64,000 nt of DNA from Candidatus Nomurabacteria bacterium. Its GTDB lineage: Bacteria; Patescibacteriota; Minisyncoccia; Phycocordibacterales; UBA9973. Made by a program: the position numbers and the translations under genes. Within the stretch, counting starts at the first letter, position 1. Each line of letters begins with the position of its first letter. Below the pieces are notes generated by a model. It ran no database searches. It was not told where the DNA came from and saw only the letters and a list, made by a program, of their open reading frames with translations. This document shows positions 31,232 through 39,228 of this stretch, in pieces. The stretch lies in NCBI GenBank assembly GCA_021413905.1, contig JAIOPO010000001.1, forward strand, positions 9,159 through 73,158, written 5' to 3'.

Positions 31232-31636
31232 ATGAAGAATAAAATTCTTGGTTTTGCTGGTTTAGGTTTAGTCGTTTCACCAATGTTTGCTTTTGCGCAA
31301 ACTACAAATTGTAATGCAGTTGCTCTTGGTCAATTGGGTACATTAGATGCTCTTTTGTGTAAGATTGGATCATTATTAAATTCAATTGTTCCTGTTCTTA
31401 TTGCATTAGGTGTTGTTTACTTTATCTGGGGAGTTGTATCTTATGTTATATCTGATGACGAAGAAGCTAAAAAAGCAGGTAAAGACAGAATGATCTATGG
31501 TATCATCGGTCTTGCTGTTATCGTCTCTGTTTGGGGATTGGTAAGTATTTTGAAGAATACTTTTGGTTTAGGTGGTTCTAATACAAATACTGTACAAGTT
31601 CCTTGTATTCCTCTTCCAGGAAATACTAGTTGTTAA
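31232..31636 (+). CDS. pilin-like two-helix membrane protein, paralog 3 (cleavable signal peptide)
   Basis: Signal peptide ...AFAQ, a C...C pair, then VPVLIALGVVYFIWGVVSYVISDDEEAKKAGKDRMIYGIIGLAVIVSVWGLVSILKNTFG. Confidence 0.65.
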   Translation: MKNKILGFAGLGLVVSPMFAFAQTTNCNAVALGQLGTLDALLCKIGSLLNSIVPVLIALGVVYFIWGVVSYVISDDEEAKKAGKDRMIYGIIGLAVIVSVWGLVSILKNTFGLGGSNTNTVQVPCIPLPGNTSC

Positions 31637-31639
31637 TTT

Positions 31640-31975
31640 ATGAATTTATTTCTTGTAAATACAGCTTATGCAAGTGATAATTTGGGTAAGTTTATAGGGA
31701 ATGTAAATAAACAGATTATTAATCCTTTGATTGTATTGTTGTTTGCTTTAGCTTTAGTTTATTTTCTTTATGGAGTGTTTGAATTTTTATCAAATGCTGA
31801 AAATGAAGAAAGTAAAACAAAAGGTAAAATGCATATGATATATGGTCTTATTGGTTTTACTATTATGATGGGAGTTTGGTCTATATTGGCAATGCTTCAA
31901 AACACTTTCAATATTCCAAAATCTCAAATAGATCCAGAAAAGGGCACTGTAAATCTGCCAAGTTACAATCCATAA
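31640..31975 (+). CDS. pilin-like two-helix membrane protein, paralog 4
   Basis: NPLIVLLFALALVYFLYGVFEFLSNAENEESKTKGKMHMIYGLIGFTIMMGVWSILAMLQNTF. Confidence 0.6.
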   Translation: MNLFLVNTAYASDNLGKFIGNVNKQIINPLIVLLFALALVYFLYGVFEFLSNAENEESKTKGKMHMIYGLIGFTIMMGVWSILAMLQNTFNIPKSQIDPEKGTVNLPSYNP

Positions 31976-31992
31976 AAATATTTTAAGAAATA

Positions 31993-32030
31993 AAAAAAAG
32001 CGACCTTACGGGGTCGCTTTTGTGTTTTTC
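31993..32030. terminator. bidirectional rho-independent terminator
   Basis: aaaaaaaagcgacc-ttacgg-ggtcgcttttgtgttttt. Confidence 0.65.
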
Positions 32031-32040
32031 TCCAGAACTT

Positions 32041-32529
32041 TCAATCTGGAGGATTTCCTGTGCCCCAGGAAAATATTATTCTTTCCGTATTGTACGGATA
32101 GATTTTGTATTTTCCTGGAGGCATTTGTGACCACTCCATTTGATTTTGGTGTGGTTTGCCATCACAGATGAATTCAATAGATGAATCAGCTTCGTATACA
32201 TATACGGCGCTTAATCCACCTTGGATTCTTGTCCATGATATAGCCGGATCAAGGTACACTTCCAAAGGTTTATCTTTAGTCGCAATACCCTTACCAGATT
32301 TAATTTGAGCTTGTTCAGATTGAGTTTGAGCTTGCTCAACAGCAATTTCTGTATTTTTTGATTCCTCTAATTTTTTTTCCAATTTTGGAATCCATAATTG
32401 TTGAATCAAAAGTATTAAAATAACAGAAATAGCAAAACGAATAAAATCCGTTTTGTTTTTTGAATTCGGCATAAGCCCTTCGAGCTCTTCTGACTTTTTT
32501 GCCGACTCTTTTGGCGCTACATTTTCCAT
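32041..32529 (-). CDS. hypothetical membrane-anchored protein
   Basis: ORF with a transmembrane helix near residue 30. Confidence 0.4.
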   Translation of the reverse strand: MENVAPKESAKKSEELEGLMPNSKNKTDFIRFAISVILILLIQQLWIPKLEKKLEESKNTEIAVEQAQTQSEQAQIKSGKGIATKDKPLEVYLDPAISWTRIQGGLSAVYVYEADSSIEFICDGKPHQNQMEWSQMPPGKYKIYPYNTERIIFSWGTGNPPD

Positions 32530-32532
32530 TTT

Positions 32533-33609
32533 TTAACTGTTGTTGTTTAAAACATTGAAAGCATTTCCTCCAGAAACAATGTTCTTTTTAGCAATTCCCA
32601 ACATCACATCAGCATCATCACTTGCCTTATCCGGAGAAACTCCTTTTGCAATAAGTTCCTCCATGATCTTGATTTTCGCATCTTGTCGTTTTTGTTTGGC
32701 AATGATTTCTTTTTTCATTACCTCTTCTGCTTCAAGTGCTTCAGTCACCTGTGTACTAAAATCAACACTTGTTAATTTGAAAGTGCGAACATCCAAATTA
32801 TAGAGTATTTCAGTCGCAGATCTTTCAAAAAGAAAATCTTCTAACTGCAACATTGTTTCAATCCTGGATTTGTTTTTTAGGTAAAATTCCAGAATGTTTA
32901 AGTTGCTATTATCAGACTTGAGTGGAATCTCCCAGAGATATGCTTCTAAGTGATCAATTTGTTTTACCAATTTTTGATCTGAAATTTTAGCATTTCTTAA
33001 CCTTTCCAGATAATCCAGAAATGATTGAGAGGGATTATTATTGAAATCATTAGGATCATTTTCAATAACATAGTAGTGAGGTGGACGCTCCATTCTAAGA
33101 ACACAATTAATCATTTGACCAATGATTTCTTTGTTTTGTCTGAAATCTTCGCCTTTCTCTTCTGATCCAATAATACCGATACTGTCCTCAATACTGTCCA
33201 GCATACCTTTTTTGATTGTTTCTGGTTCAATCTCCGGTATTTTTCTTAAATTATTAAAATCATACCTGTATTGAATTGAACCTTCCAATGTTATTTGAAG
33301 GTTGTCTATAGAAAAAATCTTTATTGGGTCAGGTTTTTTGAATTGAAGAGTTTTCAATTCTTGCTTGATTAATAAAAATTTTTCTAAGAAGGGCAACTTG
33401 AATTGGTATCCTTCACGAACAGACCTCTCTAGTCTCTTACCAAGACGTATTACGTTTCCGTAATGAGCTACTGGTATCTGCACCAATGAACTGTTCAATA
33501 GTGCAATCAATGCAATTACCAATAAAATCCAGGTTGTTGCATTTAAAATCCAAATTAAGAACTCTATCATTTTTTTTAAATTAATTGTCCATCTAAATCC
33601 CGTATCCAT
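32533..33609 (-). CDS. SPFH/band-7 domain membrane protein
   Basis: N-terminal transmembrane helix, then VAHYGNVIRLGKR...FSIDNLQITLEGSIQYRY, as in the SPFH pattern. Confidence 0.5.
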   Translation of the reverse strand: MDTGFRWTINLKKMIEFLIWILNATTWILLVIALIALLNSSLVQIPVAHYGNVIRLGKRLERSVREGYQFKLPFLEKFLLIKQELKTLQFKKPDPIKIFSIDNLQITLEGSIQYRYDFNNLRKIPEIEPETIKKGMLDSIEDSIGIIGSEEKGEDFRQNKEIIGQMINCVLRMERPPHYYVIENDPNDFNNNPSQSFLDYLERLRNAKISDQKLVKQIDHLEAYLWEIPLKSDNSNLNILEFYLKNKSRIETMLQLEDFLFERSATEILYNLDVRTFKLTSVDFSTQVTEALEAEEVMKKEIIAKQKRQDAKIKIMEELIAKGVSPDKASDDADVMLGIAKKNIVSGGNAFNVLNNNS

Positions 33610-33683
33610 AAATTCATATGCAATAGGGGATTTGTTTTGGACAACTAAATTTTTGTCAAAAAGCGCATATCTGTATAAAGTAT

Positions 33684-33722
33684 ATCATATATAACATAAA
33701 AAGTCAATCCCTTGCGAGACTG
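33684..33722 (-). terminator. rho-independent terminator
   Basis: 9-bp stem aaaaagtca/tgacttttt with a T-run on the minus strand. Confidence 0.5.
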
Positions 33723-33747
33723 ACTTTTTATATTTCTATATTTTTAA

Positions 33748-34551
33748 TTAATGATGTTTTAAAGGAGTATTGTGGAATTTATCTTCGTAAAAGAATTTTC
33801 TGATCAGTATTATTAATACTATTATTAATACAATCAAAAGCAACCATTGCAAGAAACTAGAAGGCAAGAATCCACAAGCAGAACCAGATGTTCCAGTTAG
33901 GGAAGATAGTACGTTTGCAGAAAGAGTATTTCCTAAATCAGAAGCACTTTTTGTTGTTGTAGTGTTTGTCTTTTTTGTTGCAGTTGTTGTCGGATTTTTC
34001 TTTACAGTAGAATTTGAAACGTTAGAATTGTTTGTATTTGTTGTTGTGCCTGTGATTGTCGAAGATTTGACAGTAAAGTAAACACCATTTGAAGTACCTC
34101 CTCCGGGCATCGGACTAAATACAGAAATAACATATTTACCAGGAGTCATAACATCTGCAGAATTTAATATCATTGTAAGTTTTCCAGAATTTACATAACT
34201 TGTAGATCTGTAAGAATTATTAAATTCAGCTATTGAATTTGGTACAAAGTTAGCACCAGTTAAAACAACAGCCATATTTCCTGAAATATCACTAACTTCG
34301 TTTGGACTAACAGAATATAATACAGGAGCTGGGTTTGCTGTTATAACATTGTTATTATTGTAATTGTTATAAGAATTGTTGTTATTATAAGTGTTTGTAT
34401 TAGATGAACTTATTTCACCTGAACAATTTGACTCAAAATTACTACAAGCTTTTACTGTTAATGGATATGAATTTACAGATATAACAAGCATTAAAAGCCC
34501 GAAAACTGTAAAAATATTTTTTATTAAATTTTTATTTATTTTATTTAACAT
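33748..34551 (-). CDS. secreted IPT/TIG-like domain protein with an N/T-rich linker and a C-terminal transmembrane anchor
   Basis: Signal peptide. PVLYSVSPNEVSDISGNMAVVLTGANF...GKYVISVFSP...GVYFTV is the IPT/TIG pattern. C-terminal LLLIVLIIVLIILIRKFF. Confidence 0.5.
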   Translation of the reverse strand: MLNKINKNLIKNIFTVFGLLMLVISVNSYPLTVKACSNFESNCSGEISSSNTNTYNNNNSYNNYNNNNVITANPAPVLYSVSPNEVSDISGNMAVVLTGANFVPNSIAEFNNSYRSTSYVNSGKLTMILNSADVMTPGKYVISVFSPMPGGGTSNGVYFTVKSSTITGTTTNTNNSNVSNSTVKKNPTTTATKKTNTTTTKSASDLGNTLSANVLSSLTGTSGSACGFLPSSFLQWLLLIVLIIVLIILIRKFFYEDKFHNTPLKHH

Positions 34552-34607
34552 ACCTATAGTATATCACCTTTTAATATAAAAGTCAAGCTCTTAAAAGTCT
34601 TTATTTT

Positions 34608-34637
34608 AAAAGCTTTTTCATATGTCTGACATATGGG
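34608..34637. repeat. REP-like double palindrome (aaaagctttt plus catatgtctgacatatg), solo copy immediately 3' of tRNA-Leu(TAG)
   Basis: Same two hairpin modules as those flanking the Y1 transposase at 57370-58144. Confidence 0.7.
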
Positions 34638-34642
34638 TTTTG

Positions 34643-34724
34643 TGCTGGAGGAGGGACTCGAACCCTCAAACCTTGCGGTACTAGTTCCTAAGACTAGCGC
34701 GTATACCAATTCCGCCACTCCAGC
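34643..34724 (-). tRNA. tRNA-Leu (anticodon TAG), long variable arm
   Basis: Manual fold: acceptor GCTGGAG/CTCCAGC, anticodon loop CTTAGGA, T-loop GGTTCGAGTCC. Confidence 0.8.
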
Positions 34725-34742
34725 AATTTTTCAAATATTATT

Positions 34743-34815
34743 TATTTGAATGTGCGCCCAGAAGGGATCGAACCTTCGACCTTATCCTTAAGAGGGATCT
34801 GCTCTACCAGCTGAG
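34743..34815 (-). tRNA. tRNA-Lys (anticodon CTT)
   Basis: Manual fold: GCGCCTA acceptor, anticodon loop CTCTTAA, GGTTCGATCC T-arm. Confidence 0.8.
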
Positions 34816-34934
34816 CTATAGGCGCATGTTTACTTTTTTAATTTAACTTCTAATTATATTTTGCCAATACTGTTATTTACCAAAACAGCTATAGGCGCAT
34901 GCAAAACTAAATTTTCATTTTTAATAAAAATTTG

Positions 34935-35016
34935 TGCCCGGAGTGGGGGTCGAACCCACATCCCTTGCGAGACACGATTTTAAGTCGTGCGCGTATACCA
35001 ATTCCGCCATCCGGGC
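34935..35016 (-). tRNA. tRNA-Leu (anticodon TAA), long variable arm
   Basis: Manual fold: GCCCGGA acceptor, anticodon stem CACGA/TCGTG with loop CTTAAAA. Confidence 0.8.
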
Positions 35017-35064
35017 TTATTACAATAATTTAATTTTATCAAATTACTTCCTTTTTTAAAAGGG

Positions 35065-35136
35065 AGGCCTAGGACGGAATCGAACCGTCGTATAAAGATT
35101 TTGCAGATCTTTGCCTTACCACTTGGCGACTAGGCC
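35065..35136 (-). tRNA. tRNA-Cys (anticodon GCA)
   Basis: Manual fold: GGCCTAG acceptor, anticodon loop CTGCAAA, discriminator U. Confidence 0.8.
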
Positions 35137-35164
35137 GAATATATTTCATGGTGGTTACTACATC

Positions 35165-35488
35165 TTACTTTTCTCGGAGCAATTCGTCAATCTTTTGTCT
35201 ATTTTTTTCTCCACGGTCTATTTGTATGTCGATAAAAGGTATTGTTTTGATTTGCATATTTTTCTTTAGATAATCACGGAGTTCGGCTCTTTTTCTTTTT
35301 GCAAAATCCAAAGCTGTGGCTTCTCTTGATTCAGGGAGAACTGTTATAAATATTGTTGCCTTTTTTAAATCCGGAGAAGTGTCAGAAGATGTGACAGTAA
35401 TAAGTGAAGTTTTGTTGTTTTCACGTCCTAAAAATTCCGCAGATAATTTGCGAATCATTTGAGATATTTTTTCTGTTCTTTCTGTCAT
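35165..35488 (-). CDS. rbfA: ribosome-binding factor A
   Basis: RbfA-like KH fold sequence immediately downstream of infB. Confidence 0.7.
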   Translation of the reverse strand: MTERTEKISQMIRKLSAEFLGRENNKTSLITVTSSDTSPDLKKATIFITVLPESREATALDFAKRKRAELRDYLKKNMQIKTIPFIDIQIDRGEKNRQKIDELLREK

Positions 35489-35489
35489 A

Positions 35490-36995
35490 TTATTTTTGTA
35501 CTATTGAAAATGATTCTAATATATCTCCTGCGACTATTTCTATTTTTGACTCTATCATTGTTCCGAATTCAGTGCCTTCTTCGACTTCACTTGTTTTAGT
35601 TTTACCTTTTTCTAAATTTACGATTTTACCTTTTCCGATTTCAAATTCACGACGAATTATTTTTACTGTTTCTCCTAGTGATATTTTACCTTCTGTGACT
35701 TTACCTCCTACTATTTGTCTTTCTTTTGTTCGGCTAAATGCTTTTAATATTTTTACTTTTCCTTTTGTCTCAGTTGTTTCTACTCTTGGGCGTCTACGTT
35801 CCATTTCTTCTGTGAGCCATTCTGTCATTTTGTAAATAATATCAAAAAAAGAAATTGTAACATTTCTATTCTGTGAAAGCTCAATAGCATTTTTATCAGC
35901 TTTTACGTTGAAACCTATAACTATCGCGTCTTCTGCAGAAGTTATGTTTTTAATATCTGATTCGGAAACAGGACCTGTACCTTTTTGAATTATTTTAAAT
36001 TCAGCACTATCGCTTGTGATTTTACTTATTTCTTTTTCAATAGCTTCTAGAGATCCTGCAACATCTGTTTTTATTATTATTGGTATAATTTTTTTATTTG
36101 TATCTGTTTTGTTGGTATTGTTTTCTTTTTTATCTGTATTTGATTTTTTTTCTTTTATATATTCTTCAGCTTCACTTTTTTTATCAAAAGATTTGAATTC
36201 AGCTCCAATTTGAGGAATTTTATCAAAACCAACTAGACGAATAGGGGAAGAAAATTCAGCTTCATTTATCATTTTACCTAAAAAGTTTTCTATTATACGA
36301 GTAGAACACATTGCGTCTTCTACTACTACTGTCATTCCTTTTTTTAATGAGCCGTTTTTTATTATAAGGGTTGCTTGAATACCACGTTTTGGATCAAGAT
36401 TTGATTCTATTACATAACCGGAAGCATTTGCATCTGTATCACCTTGAAAATCTTCCATCTCTGCTGTAATCAAAATAAGTAAAAGTAAATCATCTATACC
36501 TTTTCCTGTTTTTGCAGAAATTTCAGCAAAAGGGACTTTGCCTCCATAGTTTTCGAGATATATTTCATTTTCAGCAAGATTCATTTTTGTTTTTTCAATA
36601 TCTGCGCCCGGTTTGTCTATTTTATTTATTGCTACTATAAAAGGTATGTTGCTATTTATAATAGTTTTATACGCTTCGATTGTTTGAGGTTTTACTCCGT
36701 CTTCTGCTGAGACTACAAGTATTGCGATATCAGCGAGTTTCGCTCCACGTTCACGCATTTTAGAAAAAGCCTCGTGACCTGGAGTATCTAGAAAAGTTAT
36801 TTTTCTGTCTTTATTGTGTTCATCTTTATGAATAACTTCATAAGCTGAAATGTGTTGAGTGATTCCTCCAGCTTCACGTTCGACAATATTAGACTTTCGA
36901 ATGTAGTCGAGTAGGGTAGATTTGCCATGGTCAATATGCCCCATGACTGCGACTACTGGTGGACGTTCTATTTTTTTGTCTGCATTTTTTTGCAT
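35490..36995 (-). CDS. infB: translation initiation factor IF-2 (short form; G domain plus C-terminal domains only)
   Basis: PPVVAVMGHIDHGKSTLLD and DTPGHEAF. Confidence 0.9.
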   Translation of the reverse strand: MQKNADKKIERPPVVAVMGHIDHGKSTLLDYIRKSNIVEREAGGITQHISAYEVIHKDEHNKDRKITFLDTPGHEAFSKMRERGAKLADIAILVVSAEDGVKPQTIEAYKTIINSNIPFIVAINKIDKPGADIEKTKMNLAENEIYLENYGGKVPFAEISAKTGKGIDDLLLLILITAEMEDFQGDTDANASGYVIESNLDPKRGIQATLIIKNGSLKKGMTVVVEDAMCSTRIIENFLGKMINEAEFSSPIRLVGFDKIPQIGAEFKSFDKKSEAEEYIKEKKSNTDKKENNTNKTDTNKKIIPIIIKTDVAGSLEAIEKEISKITSDSAEFKIIQKGTGPVSESDIKNITSAEDAIVIGFNVKADKNAIELSQNRNVTISFFDIIYKMTEWLTEEMERRRPRVETTETKGKVKILKAFSRTKERQIVGGKVTEGKISLGETVKIIRREFEIGKGKIVNLEKGKTKTSEVEEGTEFGTMIESKIEIVAGDILESFSIVQK

Positions 36996-36996
36996 T

Positions 36997-37452
36997 TTAT
37001 ATTTTAGCTTTATTTAAAACTTCTTTTTCTTCTTCTGTTAATTCGTATTCAGATTTTCCATTTTTTATTGGTTTTGCAAAAACACTCATTCTGTCTCTTG
37101 AATACAAACTAGACATTACAAGCCCGTCACCGTCTTCATTTAAAACTCCAATTGCAAAACTCTGATTACTTCCTTGGTCTGGAAATGGATTAAATCGTAA
37201 TGTTTCAACTCCACGAATGCTTTTGCGAAGTTTAGCATTTACATTGATTAATTCTTTTTCGATTTGTTCTCTTGCATTTTTTAATTTCTCTATGTCATCT
37301 TGAAGTACATTAATAGTATCTTCTAAATCTTTAGCTTTTTTGCCAATGAAAAATCTCTTAAGTCTTTTTTCTGTTTTGACAATCCAAAGAAATAATAGTA
37401 AAATGACTATTCCAATAAAAATAAAAAAACTGATTTGGAGCTTTATATCCAT
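36997..37452 (-). CDS. DUF4446-family protein
   Basis: RFNPFPDQGSNQSFAIGVLNEDGDGLVMSSLYSRD. Confidence 0.5.
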   Translation of the reverse strand: MDIKLQISFFIFIGIVILLLFLWIVKTEKRLKRFFIGKKAKDLEDTINVLQDDIEKLKNAREQIEKELINVNAKLRKSIRGVETLRFNPFPDQGSNQSFAIGVLNEDGDGLVMSSLYSRDRMSVFAKPIKNGKSEYELTEEEKEVLNKAKI

Positions 37453-37476
37453 ATACTTTAAATATATACTATTCTT

Positions 37477-38664
37477 ATGAAGAAATCAAAGAAAAAAATA
37501 AATAACATAAAATTTAAAAAGAAAAACATCTATATAGATTTCTCGGCTTCCTTTTTACCAAATCCGAGTTCTATTCATGATTTAGGTGTTAAGGCTAGAA
37601 AAGATTTGGAAAATGCCAGAAAAGAAATATCTTTGGAATTATTTGCTCGTCCAAATGAAATTATTTTTACTAGTGGGGGAACAGAAAGTAATAATTTAGC
37701 TATATTGGGAGTAGTTACATATGTCAGACATAGGGAAATCCCTATGTCTGACATATGTTCTGTCGTAGTTCCTCACATTGTAACCACAAACATAGAACAT
37801 CCTTCTGTTTTGGAAGTTTATAAATATTTGGAAAAAACAAAACAAGCAGAGGTGACTTATATCAACGTAGAATCAAATGGCATAGTTGACCCAAAGAAAA
37901 TAAAAAAATCAATAAAAGAAAATACTGTTTTGGTTTCTGTTATGTACGCTAATAATGAAATAGGGACTATTCAACCGATCAAAGAGATTGCAAAAGAAAT
38001 TAGACATTTTAGAAAAAATAGTAAAAGTGTTTTTCCGTTTTTCCATACTGATGCAGTGCAAGCGGTAAATTATTTGGATTTAAATGTTGAAAAATTAGGA
38101 GTAGATTTGATGACATTGACGGGTTCAAAAATAGAAAATTCAGGGAAAGTCGGTATTTTGTATAAAAAAAACAATGTCATATTGTCTCCAATAATGCATG
38201 GTGGAGATCAAGAATTCGGACTTCGTCCAGGAACAGAAAATCTTATTGCTATTTTAGATTTTACAAAAGCTTTTAAGAATGTTCGCAAAATAAAAGAAAA
38301 AGAATCTGTCCGACTTTCAAAATTGCGTGATTATTTTTTTGACAAAATTAAAAAAATGGACGAAAAAATAATCTTAAATGGAGATTTAAAAAACAGATTG
38401 CCGAATAATGTAAATATAACAATACCAAAAGTGCCGAGCGATTTGCTTGTGCTTGAATTATCTGCTCGTGGAATATATATATCTGAAAAAAGTGCTTGTA
38501 AGTCTGGTGACATAAAGTCTTCTCATGTAATACGCGCAATTTGTAAAAAAGATTCGCAATCTTTGCGTTTCTCTATGGGTAGAATAACAAATAAAAATGA
38601 TATTGATTATACTCTGAAATCTTTATCTCAAATTTTGACCAAATTAAAAAAGTGGTATAATTAA
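37477..38664 (+). CDS. cysteine desulfurase / class V aminotransferase (IscS/NifS-like) carrying an in-frame 42-bp palindromic insert
   Basis: IIFTSGGTESNNLAILG...NIEHPSVL...VSVMYANNEIGTIQPI...HTDAVQA. Confidence 0.8.
   Translation: MKKSKKKINNIKFKKKNIYIDFSASFLPNPSSIHDLGVKARKDLENARKEISLELFARPNEIIFTSGGTESNNLAILGVVTYVRHREIPMSDICSVVVPHIVTTNIEHPSVLEVYKYLEKTKQAEVTYINVESNGIVDPKKIKKSIKENTVLVSVMYANNEIGTIQPIKEIAKEIRHFRKNSKSVFPFFHTDAVQAVNYLDLNVEKLGVDLMTLTGSKIENSGKVGILYKKNNVILSPIMHGGDQEFGLRPGTENLIAILDFTKAFKNVRKIKEKESVRLSKLRDYFFDKIKKMDEKIILNGDLKNRLPNNVNITIPKVPSDLLVLELSARGIYISEKSACKSGDIKSSHVIRAICKKDSQSLRFSMGRITNKNDIDYTLKSLSQILTKLKKWYN
37716..37757. repeat. 42-bp perfect palindrome (REP-like doublet), in frame inside the IscS-like CDS
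   Basis: acatatgtcagacataggga-aa-tccctatgtctgacatatgt. The arms contain the same catatgtc.gacata core as the REP elements. Confidence 0.75.
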
Positions 38665-38667
38665 ATT

Positions 38668-39192
38668 ATGGACATAAAAGATTTAAATAAAACACAGCTT
38701 ATATTATTAGCTTTACTTTTGAGTTTTGTGACATCTATTGCAACTGGTATTTCTACTGTTACATTGTTACAACAAGCTCCTGCTTCTGTGACTGTGCCGA
38801 TAAATAGAGTAGTCAGACAAACAGTTGAAAAAATAGTACCAGCTGATATGATAGCAAATCAAGCATTATCTGAAGATCAAAAAAAATTATTGGAAGATTT
38901 AAAAGCCATTAAACCTCTGACAGTTACATTGTATTTAAAAGGTGAAAAAGAAGATAAGGTTTTGGGTACAGGTTTATTTTTAGGAAATGATAAAGTTGTA
39001 ATTGCATCTATCATATCTGCTCCAAAAGAGGGAGAAAAGTATGTTGTAAAAAGTGTCTTAGGTGAACAAAAAGTTTCAAATGTCACACAAGAAAAAGATT
39101 TTACAATTATTGAGTTGGCAAAGACTGACTCAGTAACAGATACTAAAACAGATACTCCAGCTACTGTCGATAATACGACAAAAACTCAATAA
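38668..39192 (+). CDS. hypothetical membrane-anchored secreted protein
   Basis: ORF with an N-terminal transmembrane helix. Confidence 0.4.
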   Translation: MDIKDLNKTQLILLALLLSFVTSIATGISTVTLLQQAPASVTVPINRVVRQTVEKIVPADMIANQALSEDQKKLLEDLKAIKPLTVTLYLKGEKEDKVLGTGLFLGNDKVVIASIISAPKEGEKYVVKSVLGEQKVSNVTQEKDFTIIELAKTDSVTDTKTDTPATVDNTTKTQ

Positions 39193-39228
39193 TTGACTTT
39201 TATTAGATTTATTTTATAATATATAGAT

